Positions 38,864 to 45,180 of a DNA stretch of 59,038 nt are shown here, piece after piece (positions within the stretch are counted from its first letter, which is position 1; each line of letters opens with the position of its first letter). A model generated the notes under the pieces. It was not told the origin of the DNA, did no database searches, and was given only the letters and a program-made list of their open reading frames with translations. The translations under genes were made by a program, and so were the position numbers. The stretch is from a bacterium. Lineage in GTDB: Bacteria > Patescibacteriota > Patescibacteriia > UBA9934. The DNA is taken from the NCBI GenBank assembly GCA_027592325.1, contig JAQCKO010000006.1, forward strand, positions 1 through 59,038, given 5' to 3'.

Positions 38864-38908
38864 AAGAAAAAGCGGAATTAATATATAATAGGTTGTCTTG
38901 CGATTTCG

Positions 38909-39036
38909 TCACAACGTTTCTGACATGCGAAGTTGAAAACCCCCGCCTCCTAGTTCAATCTTATCAATAAGAGCAGGGTTTTCAATTTGGGTGAGGGCTT
39001 TCATAAAAAGCCCGAACCACATGTCCAGTGTTAGCT
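38909..39036. repeat. attC-like site S7
   Basis: GACATG / CATGTC arms; AATTTGGGTG...AACC core. Confidence 0.72.
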
Positions 39037-39205
39037 GAAATATTCCTTTTCTTTTCCTACGATAGTCGGTTGTTTTGAAAATTTTCAAATTTCTTTTCGA
39101 CAATGAGGAGGAAGAGCGAATATTAACAATTTAACACACAAATGGTAGTTTGTAATGTCATTTCTTGACCCGATCAGCTGTGGTTAGCTGGTATTGGAGG
39201 AGTCC

Positions 39206-39589
39206 ATGAATCGCACGATCAGGCTGACCGAGCTGTCTTTCGAGGACGGCATCACCAGACGGGACTCTGAGGTGAAGTACTTCGTTCAGGCGGAGTACAG
39301 CTACGTGGAAAATGAGGTCATCATGGGCCTTTACGCTGGTGACGAACACTTCGACCGAGTGTGGAGCTTTCCGATCGAGCTCCTGCTCGAGGGCCGAGTG
39401 GTCGACTTCAGCAACTTTGAAGGCCCTTACATCCTCGCCGATGCAGTACTTGCAATCGTCGCCGAGAACACGTCCGTCAGGCTCCACTTCGTGGAGGACC
39501 GAAGCGTAGTTAGCATCACGGTTTGTGATGAGACCGTCTCTCACCCTCTGGACAACGACGTGGCTCGCCGGATGTTCAGAGGGATCTGA
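39206..39589 (+). CDS. Hypothetical protein (antisense cassette minigene)
   Basis: SD GGAGGAG at 39196, ATG 39206; hairpin GAACCGCCTAC/GTGGGCGGTTC downstream. Confidence 0.8.
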   Translation: MNRTIRLTELSFEDGITRRDSEVKYFVQAEYSYVENEVIMGLYAGDEHFDRVWSFPIELLLEGRVVDFSNFEGPYILADAVLAIVAENTSVRLHFVEDRSVVSITVCDETVSHPLDNDVARRMFRGI

Positions 39590-39723
39590 CCTCCGATCGA
39601 CTCCCCGCCCCCTACGAACCGCCTACTGGTTCATCTGGTGGGCGGTTCTTCGTTTTAGAAAGAAATTTGAAAATTTTAAAACAATTGGGCGACAGCCCAG
39701 AAAAGAAAAGGAATATTTCAGCT

Positions 39724-39780
39724 AACAGCGACGATAGGCGCCGCCGTTGTGACGAAGAAGCGAAGCGGTTTCGTCACAAC
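39724..39780. repeat. Mini-site + empty micro-cassette D
   Basis: AACAGCGACGATAGGCGCCGCCGTT then GTTGTGACGAA...TTCGTCACAAC. Confidence 0.78.
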
Positions 39781-39867
39781 GTCAGGGATATGAGAAGTTG
39801 CGACCGTAAGGAGCAATTTGGGCGGAGGATTTTGTACAAAGCCGTAGCCTCATACACGCTGTTATAT
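39774..39867. repeat. attC-like site S8
   Basis: ATGAG / CTCAT arms; AAGTTGC..GCAATTTGGGCG core. Confidence 0.7.
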
Positions 39868-39953
39868 TCCCGAAGGGCTGAAATTTAGTGCAACGTCCCG
39901 AAGGGAAATTTTAGAGTTGTCGTGTCTAAAACAAAATTGTAGTCGGGCACACA

Positions 39954-40991
39954 CTAATTCTCAAATATTTTTTCAATCAATTTAAATTCTTTTTTATGGC
40001 AATCAAACTCAGCTTTTATTCCTAATGGCAAAATCCATTGCGGATCAGTATGACCAAAATCCATATTCGTGATTATCGGAAGACTTAAATTATTAAACTC
40101 AGTATTTACCACATTGAGAACATTTTCGTTTAAACTTTTCTTTTCATCTTCAGAATAGTCTCTTGGTCTTCCGATAAGCAATGCGGAGATTTTGTCAAAC
40201 ACTCCTTGTATTCCATAGTTTCGTAGCATCCATTTGACTTGGTCTGGAGATGGCTTGTCTTCAGATGTTTCTAAGAAAAGGATTTTGCCATTCCAAAAAT
40301 CATCATTAGGCCAATATTTTGTGCTTTTCATAAATTCAAGAACCTCAATACAACCGCCAAATAATTCTCCTTGAATTTTTGAACTTCCTTGTAAAATATT
40401 CCAGCCAGTATTTTTTGACATTGGTTTTACTTGCCCGACATTGGACTTGTCTCCCCAATCCAAATATCCCTCGGAATAAGAATCATATGACTTGTATTCA
40501 TAATTTTCTGGATTTTCAAATAAGATTGTTTTGACATGCTCTTGGAAATTTTTCCCTAATGCATCCCATTGAGAAAATCCTGCCATGATTGCAGGACCAT
40601 GTAGAGTGACAAGTCCTAATTGATTAAAGTATGTCAAAAGAGTGGTTGTATCAGAATAACCGATGATGATTTTTGGGTTTTTCCGAATTACATCTACACT
40701 TAGAAAAGGCATTATTCTTACAGAATCATCCCCGCCGATTGATACAAAAATTGCTTTCACTTCTTCATCAGCAAAAGCATCATTTATATCTTTGGCTCTA
40801 AATTCCGGATTTTTGTAAAGATAATCTGCATCTTTTCTTGCAGAGGGATATTCTTTAATTTTAAGACCTAAATTTTCAAGCGTCTTAATGCCTGATTCAT
40901 AAATATGAGGAAAAACACTTGGTCCGCCCCACGATGGAGATACAATTGCAACGATATCTCCTTTCTGTAATTTTTTTAGTTTGATTGCCAT
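39954..40991 (-). CDS. S66 family peptidase (LD-carboxypeptidase / MccF-like)
   Basis: IVSPSWG, SIGGDDS, IGYSDTT, LFLETSE, MDFGHTDP. Confidence 0.92.
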   Translation of the reverse strand: MAIKLKKLQKGDIVAIVSPSWGGPSVFPHIYESGIKTLENLGLKIKEYPSARKDADYLYKNPEFRAKDINDAFADEEVKAIFVSIGGDDSVRIMPFLSVDVIRKNPKIIIGYSDTTTLLTYFNQLGLVTLHGPAIMAGFSQWDALGKNFQEHVKTILFENPENYEYKSYDSYSEGYLDWGDKSNVGQVKPMSKNTGWNILQGSSKIQGELFGGCIEVLEFMKSTKYWPNDDFWNGKILFLETSEDKPSPDQVKWMLRNYGIQGVFDKISALLIGRPRDYSEDEKKSLNENVLNVVNTEFNNLSLPIITNMDFGHTDPQWILPLGIKAEFDCHKKEFKLIEKIFEN

Positions 40992-41063
40992 ACTATTTTG
41001 ATAAATTGATTGATTTATATAATTTGTATGCCCGACTACTCCTAATTAATTTGCACGACAATT

Positions 41064-41150
41064 GAATATACGGTGGCGCCTGATGCGTTCGTTTCGAGAG
41101 ATAAAACCGAAGGTTTTAGATCGAGAAATGTCGCATAGGCGCTGTTGTGC
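41064..41150. repeat. attC-like site S9 (type A, left R box degenerate)
   Basis: GAATATAC instead of ATATAAC; type A body. Confidence 0.72.
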
Positions 41151-41177
41151 GATGTTATAAAATATTAAATTTTATCC

Positions 41178-41726
41178 TTACAATTTTAATACAGATTTCA
41201 AAGCGGCTGGAAGTTCGTTTACTCCATCGTCACCGCTAAAATGTTTCATATCTTGTTGAATAATAATGTCTGCGCTGAGGTTATTCCTGAAGAAGTCGGC
41301 ATAATGAAGCGAAACATACGGATCATTGGATGAATGAATGGCTACAAATTTATCGCAGTGAGATTTTATTTTAGACCAATCTATTTTACTTTGGAAAAAT
41401 GTGTCCAATTCATCATAGCCCAGATTTGAAGTGAAACCAGCGACTAAAACTGCGCCGCCAATTTTTTGATCTGCCTTGAGCGACTCGATATATCTCAATA
41501 TTATAATACTACCCAAACTATGACCAACGAAATAGCAGTTTTCATCTGGGCTACCGACAAGTTTTTTCAAATGATCTAGCCATTCATTCATCTTTGGTTT
41601 CGCTGAATTTGGCATCAAAGGAACAATTACCTCAAACCCGTGTTTCTCCAAATCATTCTTGAGCCAAGGATACCACCCATGTTCGGGTGAACCTTCCCAG
41701 CCGTGTATTAAAATTGCTTTTTTCAT
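41178..41726 (-). CDS. RBBP9/YdeN-family alpha/beta hydrolase
   Basis: IHGWEGSP...WYPWL, VGHSLG, HSSNDPYV, KHF. Confidence 0.92.
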   Translation of the reverse strand: MKKAILIHGWEGSPEHGWYPWLKNDLEKHGFEVIVPLMPNSAKPKMNEWLDHLKKLVGSPDENCYFVGHSLGSIIILRYIESLKADQKIGGAVLVAGFTSNLGYDELDTFFQSKIDWSKIKSHCDKFVAIHSSNDPYVSLHYADFFRNNLSADIIIQQDMKHFSGDDGVNELPAALKSVLKL

Positions 41727-41755
41727 AATCGTAAAATGTAATATTTTTTATTTCG

Positions 41756-41832
41756 TCACAACGTCAGTTGTATCTGATGTTGCGAAGCAAATATGGGTGG
41801 AACGTAGCGGAACCGCATAGCCAGTGTTATGT
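41756..41832. repeat. attC-like site S10
   Basis: TCACAAC...GGGTG..AACCGCATAGCCAGTGTTATGT. Confidence 0.7.
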
Positions 41833-41858
41833 GCAATACCCTTCGTCCGTCATCTTTG

Positions 41859-42677
41859 TCATAGCAAACCTTTACCAGAATTGATAACAATGATTTTATC
41901 TTCCTTTTTTATTTTCAAATCTGACAACACCCCAAATACAATAGCACTGGAAGGCTCACATTTGATGTATTTTTTTGCAAGTGAGTAGGCTTGTTTTATT
42001 GTTTCTTCTGACAATCTAATTACTTTGTGTTTGCGCCAAAATATTGATTTCATTTTTGAGGAATAAGGTGTCCAGGGAGTGTGAAGTTTATCAGCAAAAG
42101 ACGGACTACTTTTTGGCGCAACACCAATAAGCGTGGTATTCAATTTGTATTTTTTTATTCCATTAAACAAGCCTGCGAACGTCTCGCCGCTACCCACTGG
42201 CGTGATTAAAAAATTTGGCCGGCTGTTTTTGATTTCTTTGATGATGTCCTCATATGCATCGTGCCAGCCATTAGTCACGTCCCAGATGACTTCCTCGTCA
42301 GTTTCTCTCGCCAAAGAAATAACCTCTTCAGGTTTGAGTATGTGAGATGACAAATCAACCTGAATAACTTTGCAAGAAACGGTGACGAGATTTTCGTAAA
42401 TTGTGGCAGGAAGTTTTTTATCAACAATACAGACGACTTTAAGATTGGAGCCGTTGGCAAATTTGGCGAGAGAAACGCCAGCATTTCCGGACGTGATGAG
42501 TGCTAGCTTATCAATATGTTCATCCAGCGCTTTCTTGACGATAGCTTCGGAGCGCCTATCTTTGTATGTCCCAAATGGATTTTTAGACTCGTCTTTAATA
42601 AAAAGATTAGGCAGACCAAATTTTTTACAAAAATATTCTTCTTTAATTAAGGGGGTGTTGCCTGATTTATATTTCAT
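41859..42677 (-). CDS. PLP-dependent fold-type II enzyme (threonine synthase/cysteine synthase-like)
   Basis: GNTPLI, KDESKNPFGTYKDR, TSGNAG, PVGSGET, CEPSSA. Confidence 0.88.
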   Translation of the reverse strand: MKYKSGNTPLIKEEYFCKKFGLPNLFIKDESKNPFGTYKDRRSEAIVKKALDEHIDKLALITSGNAGVSLAKFANGSNLKVVCIVDKKLPATIYENLVTVSCKVIQVDLSSHILKPEEVISLARETDEEVIWDVTNGWHDAYEDIIKEIKNSRPNFLITPVGSGETFAGLFNGIKKYKLNTTLIGVAPKSSPSFADKLHTPWTPYSSKMKSIFWRKHKVIRLSEETIKQAYSLAKKYIKCEPSSAIVFGVLSDLKIKKEDKIIVINSGKGLL

Positions 42678-42748
42678 AATGACAAAATCATTGTGACATT
42701 GTATAAAAACATTTCTACAATGTCAGCAATAAGGACGAAGGGCATTGC

Positions 42749-42900
42749 ACATAACGGCGGCGCCTGATGCGATCGTTTCGAGAGATAAAACCGAAGGTTT
42801 TAGATCGAGAAATGTCGCATAGGCGCTGTTGCGACCAACGGGAGCGAGAATGTAGGTGAAGGCCGAGCCGAGGCCTGAACCGCATATCGTGCTGTTAGGC
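42749..42900. repeat. attC-like sites S11 (type A) and S12 separated by a 12-nt body
   Basis: Type A at 42753-42830; GTTGCGACCAAC at 42828-42839; S12 ends AACCGCATATCGTGCTGTTAGGC. Confidence 0.7.
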
Positions 42901-43012
42901 GAGGGTTCATTTTGGCTTCCTTATTATTTAATCAAGAAAAGATCCAAAATGAAAGCGCAGCGCCCCCTTACGTTTATTTTTCCAAACTGCTTTTCACACC
43001 AGCTTTCGCTAC

Positions 43013-43041
43013 TTGACAGTTTGCCCACCTCATGGTAATCT
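43013..43041 (+). promoter_or_regulatory. Sigma70 promoter with extended -10
   Basis: TTGACA-17-TAATCT preceded by TG. Confidence 0.7.
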
Positions 43042-43099
43042 GCAACGTCCTTTGGACTGCGCCTCAAGTGGGGCGTAAACCCGCACTTTGGAAGAAGAA

Positions 43100-43303
43100 A
43101 TGAAAGTCAAGACTTTCGTGGTCGGATTGGTCGATGGGGTGGTCCCATCGTTGACACGACTCGACGAATGCGTCGCCGAGCTCGGTAATGTCGTCATCCA
43201 CAGCTTGGTCGACACCGTCTACTCGGCGGATAGCAATTCGTTAGGAAGACCGCCGGGTGAGCGCATCGCTCGAGTGATCGTCTACACACCCGAGAGCAGG
43301 TAG
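43100..43303 (+). CDS. 67-aa hypothetical protein (antisense cassette minigene)
   Basis: Own promoter; hairpin CCCGTGTTTG/CAAACACGGG downstream. Confidence 0.7.
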   Translation: MKVKTFVVGLVDGVVPSLTRLDECVAELGNVVIHSLVDTVYSADSNSLGRPPGERIARVIVYTPESR

Positions 43304-43419
43304 CCCCCCGTGTTTGCACGCAACATCGTCAAACACGGGCGGGCAAACACATTCACTCTACCGAGTGTTTTTTTATTGTACAAAATTTTCATGAAAAGCG
43401 ATTTGATAAAATAAATGTC

Positions 43420-43584
43420 GCCTAACGGCGGCGCCTGATGCGATCGTTTCGAGAGATAAAACCGAAGTTTTTAGATCGAGAAATGTCGCATAGGCGCTGT
43501 TGTGCGATGTCGCGTAGCGATGAGCACGACAGCGACGATAGGCGCCGCCGTTGTGACGAAGAAGCGAAGTGATTTCGTCACAAC
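43420..43584. repeat. attC-like S13 (type A) + B + mini-site + D
   Basis: Near-identical to 44553-44717. Confidence 0.82.
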
Positions 43585-43687
43585 GTTTATGAATATCTGA
43601 TGTTTTCATCCCGTTTCATGGAGATAAAGTTTATTTTTCAGGCATTCTTTGTTCGTAAATATTCCGCCCAGATATTCATTGTTATGT
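43578..43687. repeat. attC-like site S14
   Basis: ATGAATATCTG / CAGATATTCAT arms. Confidence 0.78.
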
Positions 43688-43731
43688 GATGTAGCCAGAA
43701 ATTTCTATTCCTAAATTATTTTGTTGGTAAT

Positions 43732-44002
43732 TTATTGTTTGACTTCGATGCTTTCCGAAGCAATATTTTTTTGCTTATCTTTCTTGCCCACGACTAATTG
43801 ATAGATTTTTCTTACAACAATAATGAATACTACAAACCCTACAATTTCAGCGACTGCCTCAAGATTTGCTGCTGCCCTTGGGCCTGAAATTCCCATCGGA
43901 CCTAACACAAATGGCCCAGACAATAAAAGCGTGTATTTAGCGATCATCCATGCGACGTAACCTACTAATACACTTGCGATACCTCCGAGTATTTTTTTTC
44001 AT
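43732..44002 (-). pseudogene. Small membrane protein cassette, frameshifted in an A8 run right after ATG
   Basis: ATG 44002 + A8 is out of frame with KKILGGIASVLVGYVAWMIAKY...; A7 would give a ~89-aa two-TM protein. Confidence 0.6.
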
Positions 44003-44114
44003 AAGCTTTTGAATAACGTTATGTAATTGGTTAAATTTTATCACAAGCTATGTTCGACCTGAAATAAATTGCCAAAAAAATCTAAAAAATAATAAAGAAA
44101 TTTCTGGCTATTTC

Positions 44115-44192
44115 ACATAACGTTTCTGAATATCTGAAGTTGCGATAGCAATTTGGGTGAAGCGAAGCGGAACCAGATATTCAGTGTTATCG
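44115..44192. repeat. attC-like site S15
   Basis: CTGAATATCTG / CAGATATTCAG arms. Confidence 0.8.
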
Positions 44193-44203
44193 GATGTAAT
44201 TTT

Positions 44204-44527
44204 TTATTTATCTTTTTTCAGCCATGCATTGCTGATCCACTTTTTATCAATAGCTTCTTCTAAGTCGATACCGAGAAGATGAGCATTGACCATTGCCATA
44301 CCAACAACATCAGCAAGCTCTTTTGCCACCTCTCTTTTTGAAACATCTTCCGTCACATGTTTCTCTGGACGACTCTTTTTTCTATGAATCAAAACTGCTT
44401 GCGAAAATTCACCAACCTCTTCATATAATTTTATCAATGCGAAATCTTCGTCAATTTCAACATCATACTCCTTACCGTAACGGATAGCATTCTCCACTAC
44501 TTTTTGTTGTATATCTTTGAATTTCAT
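44204..44527 (-). CDS. MazG-like nucleotide pyrophosphohydrolase
   Basis: KLYEEVGEFSQA, KELADVV, DLEEAIDKKW. Confidence 0.85.
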   Translation of the reverse strand: MKFKDIQQKVVENAIRYGKEYDVEIDEDFALIKLYEEVGEFSQAVLIHRKKSRPEKHVTEDVSKREVAKELADVVGMAMVNAHLLGIDLEEAIDKKWISNAWLKKDK

Positions 44528-44552
44528 AAAAAGAAAAATTAAAAATTATTTC

Positions 44553-44717
44553 CGATAACGGCGGCGCCTGATGCGATCGTTTCGAGAGATAAAACCGAAG
44601 GTTTTAGATCGAGAAATGTCGCATAGGCACTGTTGTGCGATGTCGTGTAGCGATGAGCACGACAGCGACGATAGGCGCCGCCGTTGTGACGAAAAAGCGA
44701 AGCGATTTCGTCACAAC
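44553..44717. repeat. attC-like S16 (type A) + B + mini-site + D
   Basis: First module of the array in transcription order. Confidence 0.82.
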
Positions 44718-44775
44718 TCGTTTTTATCCGAACATTATAATACGATTTTAGCAATTATTGTACATAATACGAACT
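44711..44775 (-). promoter_or_regulatory. Candidate attI site and Pc promoter
   Basis: GATAAAAACGAG|TTGTGA core, 9-bp direct repeat, extended -10 TGCTAAAAT. Confidence 0.45.
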
Positions 44776-44901
44776 ATCCCTGTTGTTGAGGCAGCCTTAT
44801 TCGATTATGCCATTTGACATGAAATCCACCAAACACCTTCTAGCGGTGGATTCTTACCCCATCAAAAGAAAAACACCCAAGCTTTCACTTGCGTACTTTT
44901 C

Positions 44902-44977
44902 TGGTGCGCCGGGTGGGATTCGAACCCACGACCACGGGCTTAAAAGGCCCTTGCTCTACCAACTGAGCTACCAGCGC
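44902..44977 (-). tRNA. tRNA-Lys(UUU)
   Basis: 76-nt cloverleaf, anticodon TTT, TTCGAAT T-loop, encoded CCA. Confidence 0.97.
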
Positions 44978-45027
44978 TTGCTTGTTATTTTTTCCCTTTT
45001 TTACTCAGGACTCCGTATCTCACATTC

Positions 45028-45134
45028 GTCATCCCTGCGAAGACAGGAATCCATCGAGTAGATTCTTCTGCTTAGGTCAGAGGCCTACACTTCCGCCGAC
45101 ACTCTTCGAGCTTCGGACGGGCAGGCAGGATGAC
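45028..45134. repeat. REP-like element with nested hairpin insertion
   Basis: GTCATCCCTGCGAAGACAGGAATCC ... CAGGATGAC. Confidence 0.65.
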
Positions 45135-45180
45135 AGTAAGCAGTTTGGTGGCACGATGATAGCAAAAAACAAAGAATAAA

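Larger units (their letters stand above)
35511..44717 (-). mobile_element. Integron-like gene-cassette array, no integrase recognised in window (CALIN-like)
   Basis: Alternating RYYYAAC...GTTRRRY hairpin sites and single ORFs. Each cassette's two ends are mutually complementary, and one stop codon lies in the R box (37793). Confidence 0.85.

Noticed and set aside
35511-44717. CRISPR array interpretation of the recurring repeats
   Set aside because: The intervening sequences are gene-sized and irregular, the repeats are of several types with AAC/GTT ends, and no cas genes are present.
36227-44789. ORF-track calls over repeat modules (36227, 36276, 36946, 37008, 38909, 39667, 43373, 44539, 44571)
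   Set aside because: They are translations of the palindromic sites; the same pseudo-peptides (DDRRRRCDEEAKRF, LDLKPSVLSLETIASGAAV) recur wherever the repeat does.
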